Source of the DNA: Candidatus Saccharimonadales bacterium
Lineage (GTDB): Bacteria > Patescibacteriota > Saccharimonadia > Saccharimonadales > UBA4665
Length of the DNA stretch: 64,000 nucleotides
Direction: 5' to 3'
Assembly (NCBI GenBank): GCA_035478715.1
Contig: DATIJK010000041.1
Span: 2,550 to 66,549, forward strand
Shown: positions 35,043-44,057 of the stretch, piece after piece
How positions within the stretch are numbered: position 1 is the stretch's first letter
Layout: every line of letters starts with the position of its first letter
The notes under the pieces: generated by a model
Told to the model about the DNA's origin: nothing
The model's input: only the letters and a program-made list of their open reading frames with translations
Database searches by the model: none
Program-made: the position numbers and the translations under genes

Positions 35043-35525
35043 ATGAATATGAACAAAACGTCTTCAATATTACGTGATTTCAGATCTAGAACGGGGTGGA
35101 GCGCTACAGAGGCAGCTAAAAGGCTTTCGATTACACCGCAGTATCTTTCGCGTTGCGAAACGGGCAGCCAAATTCCTTCATCCGAACTTTTGGAAAAAAT
35201 GATTAGGGCGTACAGCATCCCCTTAGAAGATGCAATTATGCTGAGAGATGCTGCCGGATACGAACAGCGACCGACAAATTTGGTACCAAGCCCAACTAGC
35301 AGTCAAAATATGCAAGTGATGCTCGATGAAGCTGCTGTTCCTGTGCTGTTTTCCGACGTCGTCTTGGTAACGTCAGATCCGCATGGAATTATAATTTCTG
35401 CCGGACAGAAAAATTTTGCTGACCAAATACATATCGTCTCAAGGACCGGGCTTTCACTGGAGCATGCTGAAAAGCTTTATGCCGTCCTAGCTATGCACAT
35501 TAGTAACCTCAAGAAAAACATTTAG
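35043..35525 (+). CDS. XRE-family helix-turn-helix regulator with uncharacterised C-terminal domain
   Basis: LRDFRSRTGWSATEAAKRLSITPQYLSRCETGSQIPSSELLEKMIRAY is a Cro/C1 HTH. AAGGA RBS. Confidence 0.7.
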   Translation: MNMNKTSSILRDFRSRTGWSATEAAKRLSITPQYLSRCETGSQIPSSELLEKMIRAYSIPLEDAIMLRDAAGYEQRPTNLVPSPTSSQNMQVMLDEAAVPVLFSDVVLVTSDPHGIIISAGQKNFADQIHIVSRTGLSLEHAEKLYAVLAMHISNLKKNI

Positions 35526-35609
35526 AGTAAAAGAAGTCGCTCTATCGAGCGACTTCTCTGGCTCTCAATGCAATCGCAATGGAGCAACCGATTGACACGG
35601 TACTCATAT

Positions 35610-35652
35610 TGTAGCGTCGAGAATGCCGGAACGCAATGTAGCGTTCTGAATG
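35610..35652 (+). promoter_or_regulatory. Candidate operator: 16-nt imperfect direct repeat plus 6-bp inverted repeat
   Basis: TGTAGCGTCGAGAATG (35610-35625) and TGTAGCGTTCTGAATG (35637-35652), 13/16 identical, 27-bp period. GAACGC..GCGTTC palindrome (35629-35646). Confidence 0.35.
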
Positions 35653-35680
35653 TTGAGGGTCATAAGTTAAAAGATAAAAC

Positions 35681-35881
35681 ATGGCAGACATACTCGCGTA
35701 TTGCGCGCACTGTAAACATACGCTTCCAACTGGATTCGCATTTGATAATGCAACAAACATTCAAATGTATGGTAATACATCATCGTGCCCAAATTGCGGT
35801 TTTCAACGCATGATACCGGACGGTATTTATAATGTAATCAATGGCATTGTAAGCTACACACCGTCTAGTGCCACATATTGA
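35681..35881 (+). CDS. Small zinc-ribbon protein (hypothetical)
   Basis: 66 aa with CAHC..(27 aa)..CPNC. Weak RBS. Followed by a strong terminator. Confidence 0.4.
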   Translation: MADILAYCAHCKHTLPTGFAFDNATNIQMYGNTSSCPNCGFQRMIPDGIYNVINGIVSYTPSSATY

Positions 35882-35913
35882 AATTTTCGGACACTACACC
35901 AGGTCTGAAATCC

Positions 35914-35948
35914 AAAATAAGCCATAACAAAATATGGCTTATTTTTTT
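35914..35948. terminator. Bidirectional intrinsic terminator
   Basis: AAAATAAGCCATA-ACAAAA-TATGGCTTATTTTTTT between convergent genes. Confidence 0.75.
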
Positions 35949-35973
35949 CAACTTATTTCATTAGTTAGCTTGT

Positions 35974-37434
35974 TTACTGCAAGTTGGTAATGCTCGAGGT
36001 AGCGCCGGCGCCTATCATTTTGTTCAATTGGGTGAATTCTGTTGCTAAGGGCCAGATGTTGAATATGCAGCCTTTTAGATTGACTGATTGCTGCATCATG
36101 ACTGGGGCTTTTTGGCCCGTGCCGGGGCAGGTGGGGTTGTCGCGGAAGCCGAGACGATGGCCCGTTTCGTGGTCGATCATCAGCGTGCGGTAATCGTCCA
36201 AGCTACCGCCGGTTTTGTTCCAGGGCGGTGTTGCATTCGCCCACCGGTCGTAATTTAAAACCACGTTTGTACCGACTTGGCAATTATAGAAATCGTCGCA
36301 AATCGATCCGAATGTACCCATTAAATTGGCAGCAGACAGCCAAACAGTATATTGGCACCCTGACGCGACATGTTTGAACGCTATCGTGCCGCTATCATTC
36401 CAGCCACGCGGATCATTATATACGGCCGCAAGTTTACCGTTCAGACTCGCCAGCCGGTTCGCATTAACCCCCGTAACATTGGTGCAATATGATCTGATAA
36501 ATGTATTCGCCGTTTGCGGCACGATAACCATCGACTGCGAACGGCTATTTGTCAGCGCATACATCGTTGCGGTTGCAATATCTGAAGGGTTTGCAACTAT
36601 CACGCCATGTTTCTTGCCGACACTATTAACGTATGCGGTAATTTTTGCCATTGACGGTACCATGCCCTGGCCGCTTTGGACATACCAGCTGCCAATGTCT
36701 GTTTTGCTGGGGATCGTTTTTTGACCATGGTAATCGTACGCCAACTGAATGTTTAGTTTCTGCTGCAGCTGCTGCAAAGAACCCGTTAAGTCGGCTCCGG
36801 TTTTCGTTACGGCAATCGCCGTCGTGGGCACTGTAATCGTTGTTTTGCCGCCTTGGATAGAAGAGGTCACTGTGCCTAGAAGCCTGTCGGTATTTACCTT
36901 GTGACCTCCGTGTGCGGGGGCGATATCGAAATCAGCGCCGTTAAAAACGATATATTTATCGCTCGCAGGATAATAAAAACTTGTTTCTATCGTTTTGGAT
37001 GACGTAGTGAATTGCGCTTCATCGATGTGCAGACTCAAAGCAACATGGTGCACGGAAATTAGACTGATTACTGGCACCCAGCGGATCCATGATTGGACAT
37101 TTTGCAAACTTGCATCCTTGTCGACGCTAATGCCAAGTTTCGCCGGGGTCGTGTTGTATGTTTTGTCATCTTTTTTCAGGACTACCGCAGCGGGCAGTAT
37201 TTTTTCTGATGGTGTATTTTTAAGCAAGACTTTATCCATACCGCCTATTGGATATTGTCCCAAATAGTAATGCGGCAGCACTTTCGAATGATACGTTATT
37301 GCCATTAAAATGTTTGCAAATACGAAAACGCCAAGTGCGATCAGCAAAATCTTCCGTTTTTTATCGGCTGCGGCAGATTTCTGCTTGCCCGGCTGAGCAG
37401 CTTTTTGTAAATCAAAACTTCTCTTATCTATCAT
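35974..37434 (-). CDS. Membrane-anchored secreted protein with C-terminal DUF3152-like HExxH metallopeptidase-type domain
   Basis: N-terminal TM. C-terminal WNDSGTIAF..CQYTVWLS..NYDRW..YRTLMIDHETGHRLGF carries a zincin HExxH motif. Confidence 0.55.
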   Translation of the reverse strand: MIDKRSFDLQKAAQPGKQKSAAADKKRKILLIALGVFVFANILMAITYHSKVLPHYYLGQYPIGGMDKVLLKNTPSEKILPAAVVLKKDDKTYNTTPAKLGISVDKDASLQNVQSWIRWVPVISLISVHHVALSLHIDEAQFTTSSKTIETSFYYPASDKYIVFNGADFDIAPAHGGHKVNTDRLLGTVTSSIQGGKTTITVPTTAIAVTKTGADLTGSLQQLQQKLNIQLAYDYHGQKTIPSKTDIGSWYVQSGQGMVPSMAKITAYVNSVGKKHGVIVANPSDIATATMYALTNSRSQSMVIVPQTANTFIRSYCTNVTGVNANRLASLNGKLAAVYNDPRGWNDSGTIAFKHVASGCQYTVWLSAANLMGTFGSICDDFYNCQVGTNVVLNYDRWANATPPWNKTGGSLDDYRTLMIDHETGHRLGFRDNPTCPGTGQKAPVMMQQSVNLKGCIFNIWPLATEFTQLNKMIGAGATSSITNLQ

Positions 37435-37512
37435 AAGCGCTTACTATTCAATGTACCATGGGTACGACTGCTTCGTGAAGATTAAGTAGTATTGCATGAT
37501 TTTTGTTTACTT

Positions 37513-38721
37513 TCACAGATTACGGAATGCCCGCCATAAGACGCCAGGTTCAACGGTTGCGCGTTTCGTTATAACTGAAACTGATTGGCCTGGCATCGCG
37601 TCAGTAGTGATTTTGCCGACAACCACGCCTTTTTCAGATGGAGCTTGCAATTGTTTGAACGATATATGCGGCGTTATATTTCGGCCGCGCCATGCCATCA
37701 GATCCAAAGATTTTGTAGCGACAGCATCAACGGGAACATCCCATGGTACATCATAATGTCCGACGACCTGTCCATTATGAATTACTGTTGTCTGCTTAAA
37801 ATTATTTTGGGCTGCGTGTATCAATGGAAAAACGTCATTCATCGCTTTTGAAAGTAATTTGGCTCCCATGATTACGCCCACGATCGTGACCGTCTGGCCG
37901 TTGGGGTACGTTTTTGGCTCAGAATATAAAATTGCGCCGCCATCTTGGTCGGTGCTACCGGTTTTTATCCCGTTGAACTGGTCATAATTCAAAAGCCAGT
38001 TTACGTTATGTATGACTCCGGCAACTGGAATTTTTGCAGTTTTTTCACTGACAATTTTAGCAAGCGCAGGGTTTTGTAATGCTTGAATGCCAAGCTTAAC
38101 CAAGTCGCTTGCTGTTGATACTGTTTTCGGCGAAAATCCGCTCGCGTCCGCGAAATGCGTGTCCGACATGCCAAGTTTTTCAGCTTGTTTATTAGCATAC
38201 GCAGTATAATTTTGTTCGCTGCCGAATGCCCAGTCGGCCAGTGAACTCGCCATATTGTTGGCAGATGGCAGCATCATTGCTTCTAGCGCTTGGTATTCGG
38301 TAATTTTCTCCCCGTTTGAAACCGGAACGATCGAACCGCCCACATCGAAATATTTATCATAATATCCGACATCAGCTTTTGTCAGCGTAATCGTCGGACC
38401 GGTTTCGCCTGGAGATAGCGGGTTTTTCTGCAGGACTGTCAACGCTGTCATGGTTTTGGCAACGCTTGCGGTAGGGATCGGTTTATCGGATCCGTGTGAA
38501 GCTAATACGCCGTATCCGACCGCTCCAATCGCTGATGCGCCGTAATTCGGCCAGGGCAAATCGGCTGCGCTTCGCTGTTGAGATTTATTCAGTGATGACT
38601 GCGCGGCCAATGCCGGCACCGGCATCCTGTACGAATAATATCCATATAACACGATAAAAACGACGAGTAGAATCGCCAGAATTCCTCCTATGTGCCGTTT
38701 GCGCCTTTGCATATGTACCAT
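37513..38721 (-). CDS. Serine-type D-Ala-D-Ala carboxypeptidase (S11, PBP5-like)
   Basis: SxxK (SVAKTMTAL), SxN (PSANN) and KTG (IKTGST) motifs at canonical spacing, plus an N-terminal TM anchor. Confidence 0.85.
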   Translation of the reverse strand: MVHMQRRKRHIGGILAILLVVFIVLYGYYSYRMPVPALAAQSSLNKSQQRSAADLPWPNYGASAIGAVGYGVLASHGSDKPIPTASVAKTMTALTVLQKNPLSPGETGPTITLTKADVGYYDKYFDVGGSIVPVSNGEKITEYQALEAMMLPSANNMASSLADWAFGSEQNYTAYANKQAEKLGMSDTHFADASGFSPKTVSTASDLVKLGIQALQNPALAKIVSEKTAKIPVAGVIHNVNWLLNYDQFNGIKTGSTDQDGGAILYSEPKTYPNGQTVTIVGVIMGAKLLSKAMNDVFPLIHAAQNNFKQTTVIHNGQVVGHYDVPWDVPVDAVATKSLDLMAWRGRNITPHISFKQLQAPSEKGVVVGKITTDAMPGQSVSVITKRATVEPGVLWRAFRNL

Positions 38722-38822
38722 TATAAGTACAGCCGGCGATAATTACTGGAGCCAGGCTGGAGATTTATTGTATGTAGAACGCCCGTCTGTTGTATAATTA
38801 AGTAAACATATAAGGAGTAAAC

Positions 38823-39386
38823 ATGGTACTAATCATTATCATCGTCGTGCTAGTCCTGCTTGGGGTAGTCGTCGCCGCGATGTACAACGGTCTGGTGCGG
38901 CTCAATCAGCAATCTGACGAAGCATGGAGCGATATCACCGTCCAGCTAAAGCGCCGGTATGATCTGATCCCTAATCTGGTCAACACGGTCAAAGGTTATG
39001 CGACACACGAAAAAACTGTTTTTGAAGACGTTACTAAAGCCCGTACAGAAGCCATGGGCGCGCAAGGACCTGCAGAAACCGCTAAAGCAGAAAATGCATT
39101 TTCACAGACTTTGAAAAGCCTGTTCGCAGTCGCAGAAAACTACCCGCAACTCAAAGCCAACGAAAATTTCCAACAGCTACAAGACCAGTTGACAGACACC
39201 GAAGACAAGATCATGGCTTCCCGCCGCTTCTACAATGGCGTCGTCCGCGATTTCAATACCAAACGAAAGACATTACCGACAAGCATCTTTGCCAGCTTGC
39301 TTGGCTTCAAAAAAGACAAAGAATTCTTTGAATTAGACGCGGCAGAAGCAGCTGCAGCTGAAAAACCTGTCGAAGTTAAATTTTAA
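38823..39386 (+). CDS. lemA: LemA-family protein
   Basis: N-terminal TM; YNGLVRL..EAWSDITVQLKRRYDLIPNLV..NYPQLKANENFQQLQ..RRFYNGVVRDFN. Confidence 0.85.
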   Translation: MVLIIIIVVLVLLGVVVAAMYNGLVRLNQQSDEAWSDITVQLKRRYDLIPNLVNTVKGYATHEKTVFEDVTKARTEAMGAQGPAETAKAENAFSQTLKSLFAVAENYPQLKANENFQQLQDQLTDTEDKIMASRRFYNGVVRDFNTKRKTLPTSIFASLLGFKKDKEFFELDAAEAAAAEKPVEVKF

Positions 39387-39403
39387 ATTGATAGAAGGTC
39401 GCA

Positions 39404-40279
39404 ATGTATAGTGAGATTGCCGCTAACAAGCGCAGGACTTTTTTGATTTTTGTCGTTTTCCTATTATTCGTTGGAGCGCTTGCGTGGTTGTTTGGTCAAT
39501 TTACCGGTAGTCAGGGTTTAACCTATGGGATTCTGATTGGCGGCGCGATTTACGCGATTATAATGTATTACTCCGGCAGCCGGTTGAGTTTATCGGTTAA
39601 TGGTGCGAAACAGATCGAGAAAAAAGATAATCCAAGGTTGTGGCGAATCGTTGAAAATTTGGCGATAACTGACGGTTTGCCGATGCCAAAGGTATATATC
39701 ATGGATGATCCATCTCCGAATGCTTTCGCGACCGGTAGGAATCCAAAAACGTCTGCTGTCTGCGCAACAACTGGAATACTCGAAATCATGGATGATAACG
39801 AGCTCCGTGGCGTTTTCGCGCACGAATTAGGCCATGTCAAAAATTATGATATTCGGGTCAGCATGATCGCATTTGCATTAGCAGCAGTCGTGTCACTGAT
39901 TGCCGATACGATATTGCGATACACCTGGTTCAGTAATGATGATGACAATAACAATAATCAGGTAGTAATGATATTGGCAATTGTTGCTGCAATAATTGCA
40001 CCTATCGTCGCAACGCTGATTCAGTTGTCAATATCCCGCAAACGGGAATATCTGGCAGATGCAACCGGTGCTCTGACAACGCGGTATCCCGAAGGATTGA
40101 TTAGTGCACTGGAAAAGTTGAAAACAGAAGGCAGGCCGCTGCGCAAACAAAATGCTTCTACATCGCACTTTTTCTTTTCGAATCCATTGAAGGGCCACAG
40201 TGTTAGCAATCTGTTCAGCACCCACCCACCGCTAGACGAACGGATCAAACGGCTCCGCGAAATGGGATCGCACGCGTAA
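39404..40279 (+). CDS. htpX: Zinc metalloprotease HtpX (M48)
   Basis: PNAFATG, HELGHVKNYD, EYLADATGA, THPPLDERI. Four TM segments. Confidence 0.9.
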   Translation: MYSEIAANKRRTFLIFVVFLLFVGALAWLFGQFTGSQGLTYGILIGGAIYAIIMYYSGSRLSLSVNGAKQIEKKDNPRLWRIVENLAITDGLPMPKVYIMDDPSPNAFATGRNPKTSAVCATTGILEIMDDNELRGVFAHELGHVKNYDIRVSMIAFALAAVVSLIADTILRYTWFSNDDDNNNNQVVMILAIVAAIIAPIVATLIQLSISRKREYLADATGALTTRYPEGLISALEKLKTEGRPLRKQNASTSHFFFSNPLKGHSVSNLFSTHPPLDERIKRLREMGSHA

Positions 40280-40309
40280 CTGCCGATGGTTTGATAGAAT
40301 AAGAGCTAT

Positions 40310-41296
40310 ATGGCGAGGGCTAAAAATAAAGTCGCACACAAAAAAGCGGCGAGATCGAAAGTTTCTAAAGGTAAGCATGATCCTGTATCAGCTCCGTCTG
40401 ACACCGTGAAGGCTCAAGCAAAACAAGATAATCAAAAGGTATCATCAGAGCAATCTGCCGCAAATGTTTCGAAAAATCAAATTGCTAGTGCGCCAAAATT
40501 ATTCATCCGTTCCGGCCGAGTGTTAATTAAAGATTGGAAATTGTTCTCGATAATCATGCTATTTTATGCGCTGGCGTACGCATTGTTAGTGGGCGGTTTA
40601 TCAAGCAGCAGCTTGACTTCGCTAAAAGCGGCTTTGGTTTCAGGCCATTTTGACAATTGGTCGACCAGCCGGTCTTTGTATACGACACTGCTAAGCGCCG
40701 GTAATAACGGCGTCACAGCCGCAGGCGCGTTCGAGACCATATTGCTAATTTTTATAAGCCTGATACTAATCTGGGCACTCCGGCAGCGCATGGCTGGGCA
40801 TGAAATTCGCGCACGCGATGCCTTTTACAAAGGTACCTATCCGTTCGTACCGTTCATACTAGTGCTTTTAGTGATTGGTCTCCAATTATTGCCGCTGGTA
40901 TTAGGAGGCGGAATATTTGGGGCAGTGGTGCTCGGGGGAATCGCAAAAGGCTTTTTAGAAATTGCCGCTGCAACGGTGCTTAGTATTGTATTGATAGGCT
41001 TGAGCTTGTATTGGGTCTGCTCATCGTTGATGGCTTTGTACATCGTCACACTGCCGGATTTGACACCCGTCGATTCACTCAGAAGCGCTAAAAAACTCGT
41101 GCACAAGCGCAGGTTACCTGTAATACGTAAAATTTTATTTTTACCCTTGGTAGTCATTGTTGCGAGCTTTGTTTTGTTACTGCCGATGGCGCGCTATGCG
41201 ACACCGATCGCTGTTGCGGCATTCTTCGTCTTTACAATGGTGGCAATTTCTATGATCCACAGTTATATGTATGGTTTGTATAGGGAACTATTGTGA
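40310..41296 (+). CDS. Hypothetical polytopic membrane protein with Lys-rich N-terminal tail
   Basis: 328 aa. About 60 aa basic and disordered, then about 6 TM helices. No family recognised. Confidence 0.5.
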   Translation: MARAKNKVAHKKAARSKVSKGKHDPVSAPSDTVKAQAKQDNQKVSSEQSAANVSKNQIASAPKLFIRSGRVLIKDWKLFSIIMLFYALAYALLVGGLSSSSLTSLKAALVSGHFDNWSTSRSLYTTLLSAGNNGVTAAGAFETILLIFISLILIWALRQRMAGHEIRARDAFYKGTYPFVPFILVLLVIGLQLLPLVLGGGIFGAVVLGGIAKGFLEIAAATVLSIVLIGLSLYWVCSSLMALYIVTLPDLTPVDSLRSAKKLVHKRRLPVIRKILFLPLVVIVASFVLLLPMARYATPIAVAAFFVFTMVAISMIHSYMYGLYRELL

Positions 41297-41459
41297 ACAA
41301 ACTATTGAACTCATTGCAAAACTCCATTCCGGCCAAAAACCCACCTCGCCGGCTGCAAACCATACCAGCCATCCTCAACGTAATCTTTATTACGCCTGCG
41401 GTGTCAGGCATGGTTTTCGCTCGGCGAGCTGCATTTTTGACTCGAAAGCGAGTTTTGTA

Positions 41460-43487
41460 ATGAGTTCATCTAAAACCCAAGCGGAAGAGCGAATAGAGAA
41501 GCTTCGCATCCTGATAAGTGATTATCGATATCACTATCATGTATTGGATGAGTCTATCATGAGCGAGGCGGCGGCTGATTCGCTCAAACATGAACTCACG
41601 GAACTCGAAACGCAATTTCCCGATTTAATCACGCCGGACAGTCCATCGCAGCGTGTTGCGGGCGAACCGCTAAAGGGATTCAAGCAAGTCCGGCATAGTA
41701 CGCGGATGCTCAGTCTGAATGACGTATTCAACCGTGACGAAGTAGTAGCGTGGATTGAACGGATGCAGAAACTTGCGCCAGAAGCAAAGCCGGAATTTTT
41801 CATCGATCTTAAACTGGACGGTTTTGCTTGCTCATTGATTTACCAGGACGGTAAATTCGTCCAGGCAGTAACACGCGGCGACAGTTTTGTCGGCGAAGAC
41901 GTGACTATGAACGTCCGTACGATGGAAAGCGTGCCGCTTGAACTGCGGCCAAATAAAAAATACTCAGAATTTTTGAAAGGCCGGACAGAAATACGCGGCG
42001 AAGTCATAGTGTACAAAAAAGATTTCGAAGCGTTGAATAAAGCCCGTGAAGCCGAAGGTAAACCGGTTTTCGCAAACCCGCGGAATTTCGGAGCAGGCAG
42101 CATCCGGCAATTGGATCCAAAGCTGGCTGCCGAGCGGCCACTCAGGTTCCGCGCTTGGGATTTATTGCGCGACGACCCATCAGAAGTGCCGACAAATGAA
42201 TTCGCTTATGATGCGATCATGCATTTAGGAATCGCATCTGGCAGTCAGTACAAAGTTCTGAAAGATGTCGATGCAATCATGAAATTTGCCGACGAATGGG
42301 AGCAAAAACGCCATAAATTGCCTTATAACACCGATGGGTTAGTAATCAAAATTAATGATAGGAATTTGTACGCTCAATTGGGGGTGGTGGGCAAGGCGCC
42401 ACGGGCAGCTGTCGCATATAAATATGCTGCTGAAGAAGCTACGACTGTTGTCAGGGATATCGTAATAAGCATTGGACGCACAGGCGCAGCAACGCCAGTG
42501 GCCGTTTTTGAGCCGGTACAGGTCGCGGGTACAACCGTCCAACATGCCAGTTTGCACAATGCTGATGAAATCGCCCGAAAAGATATCCGTGTGGGCGATA
42601 CGGTCATTATTTTCAAAGCTGGCGATATCATCCCGCAAGTATCGCGCGTACTTGCTGAGCTACGTCCAAAATCTGCCAAAAAATTCGATATGGATGCGGA
42701 ACTAAAAAGGCAGTACCCGGAACTAGAATTCGTGCGTCCCGAAGGCGAAGCCGTTTTCCGAGTAAAAGGCGCGACCGGCAAATTATTGTTAAAAGGCGCG
42801 TTGATCCATTTCGCATCGAAAGGGGCGCTAGATATCGATACGCTCGGTGAAAAGAATGTTGCCGCGCTTGTTGATGCAAAATTGGTGCACGACATGGCTG
42901 ATATTTACGGTCTAAAAAAAGACCAGGTCTTAGAACTAGAACGGTTCGCTGAAGTGTCCGCACAGAAGCTGATAGACGGCATACAGGCAACGAAATCGCC
43001 CGAGTTACCGCGCTTTATCTACGGGCTTGGGATACGCCATGCCGGTTCGCAGACGGCCATTGATCTTGCAGAGCATTTCGGTTCGCTGGAAAAATTGAGC
43101 AAAGCCACGATGGATGAATTGCTCCAGGTCGACGGCATCGGCGAAACAGTGGCAGAGTCGATCCTGGCCTGGTTCGCAGACGAAGACAATCAGAAAATGC
43201 TGGAAAAATTCGAGAAATTCGGCGTTAACCCCCACTACGAGTCAAAGGCCCGCGGACCCCTTCACGGCAAAGCTTTCGTAATCACCGGCGGACTAGAACA
43301 TGGCACCCGCGACGAATTCGCCAATAAGATCCGCGAACTCGGCGGTACATTCCAATCTAGTGTAGGTAAAGACACAAGCTATCTCGTGGTTGGCCAGAAC
43401 GTCGGCGCCAGTAAACTCGCCAAAGCTGAAAAACTGGGAACCAAGCAGATTAGCGAACAAGACTTACTTTTGCTTTTGAAAAAATGA
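41460..43487 (+). CDS. ligA: NAD-dependent DNA ligase LigA
   Basis: Ia domain (YHYHVLD), adenylation lysine KLDG (IDLKLDGFA), OB fold, HhH repeats (GIRHAG..VDGIGE), C-terminal BRCT (GKAFVITG). Track ORF starts at 41271; the ATG at 41460 fits the family N-terminus. Confidence 0.95.
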   Translation: MSSSKTQAEERIEKLRILISDYRYHYHVLDESIMSEAAADSLKHELTELETQFPDLITPDSPSQRVAGEPLKGFKQVRHSTRMLSLNDVFNRDEVVAWIERMQKLAPEAKPEFFIDLKLDGFACSLIYQDGKFVQAVTRGDSFVGEDVTMNVRTMESVPLELRPNKKYSEFLKGRTEIRGEVIVYKKDFEALNKAREAEGKPVFANPRNFGAGSIRQLDPKLAAERPLRFRAWDLLRDDPSEVPTNEFAYDAIMHLGIASGSQYKVLKDVDAIMKFADEWEQKRHKLPYNTDGLVIKINDRNLYAQLGVVGKAPRAAVAYKYAAEEATTVVRDIVISIGRTGAATPVAVFEPVQVAGTTVQHASLHNADEIARKDIRVGDTVIIFKAGDIIPQVSRVLAELRPKSAKKFDMDAELKRQYPELEFVRPEGEAVFRVKGATGKLLLKGALIHFASKGALDIDTLGEKNVAALVDAKLVHDMADIYGLKKDQVLELERFAEVSAQKLIDGIQATKSPELPRFIYGLGIRHAGSQTAIDLAEHFGSLEKLSKATMDELLQVDGIGETVAESILAWFADEDNQKMLEKFEKFGVNPHYESKARGPLHGKAFVITGGLEHGTRDEFANKIRELGGTFQSSVGKDTSYLVVGQNVGASKLAKAEKLGTKQISEQDLLLLLKK

Positions 43488-44047
43488 TAAGCCATGAGCT
43501 AATAAGCAGGCGAGTCAATCCTGCAATTTCGGAATATATTGTAAATCTCTGGGGTCGGATAAGTTATGTATGGAGTTATGACACGGCTTGCCCTAAACCG
43601 GAATATCGTCCGATACCGCAGGATAGTTCATCGTCACTTGGCCAGTGCGGACCGGCAAATTACATGCTCGCGAGAGGACTATCGTATAGATTTCCTGAAA
43701 CGAATCCCAGGATGGTGATTTATGGGAAGGTTAGACTTGCAATAGGCGGTGTTGCTATAAGAGACCACGGTTGGGCATTGTTTGATGCCGGTGCGCAAAA
43801 TGTGGTCGGGGATGTTGCCCTTGGACAACTCGATATGCCCGGTCAGCGTAGTTGGGACATCGTTTGTGTCATGCCTGAATCTGAACTTGCGGAAAAAGGA
43901 GTTTATTTTGAGGGCGGAAGGGAGTACTCACTCGATGAATTATGGGAGCATTACAACACCGATCCATTGTGCCGAGAGTACGAATTTGCTGAGCGCATAT
44001 GGTTACTGGAACATCGGTTAGTTGAAGAGTTTTCCATTCCCGTATAA
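43484..44047 (+). CDS. Hypothetical protein (translationally coupled to ligA)
   Basis: ATGA overlap with the ligA stop. 187 aa. No family recognised. Contains LGQCGPANYM and RDHGWALFD, a possible Cys/His pair. Confidence 0.5.
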   Translation: MISHELISRRVNPAISEYIVNLWGRISYVWSYDTACPKPEYRPIPQDSSSSLGQCGPANYMLARGLSYRFPETNPRMVIYGKVRLAIGGVAIRDHGWALFDAGAQNVVGDVALGQLDMPGQRSWDIVCVMPESELAEKGVYFEGGREYSLDELWEHYNTDPLCREYEFAERIWLLEHRLVEEFSIPV

Positions 44048-44057
44048 CATAAAAGAT

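Noticed and set aside
41271-41459. N-terminal extensions of track ORFs (ligA from 41271, FAD oxidase from 24384, corA from 46234, ddl from 61316, DedA to 3034)
   Set aside because: The extensions overlap upstream genes or intergenic promoter/structure regions and have atypical composition. Internal ATGs reproduce the canonical family N-termini.
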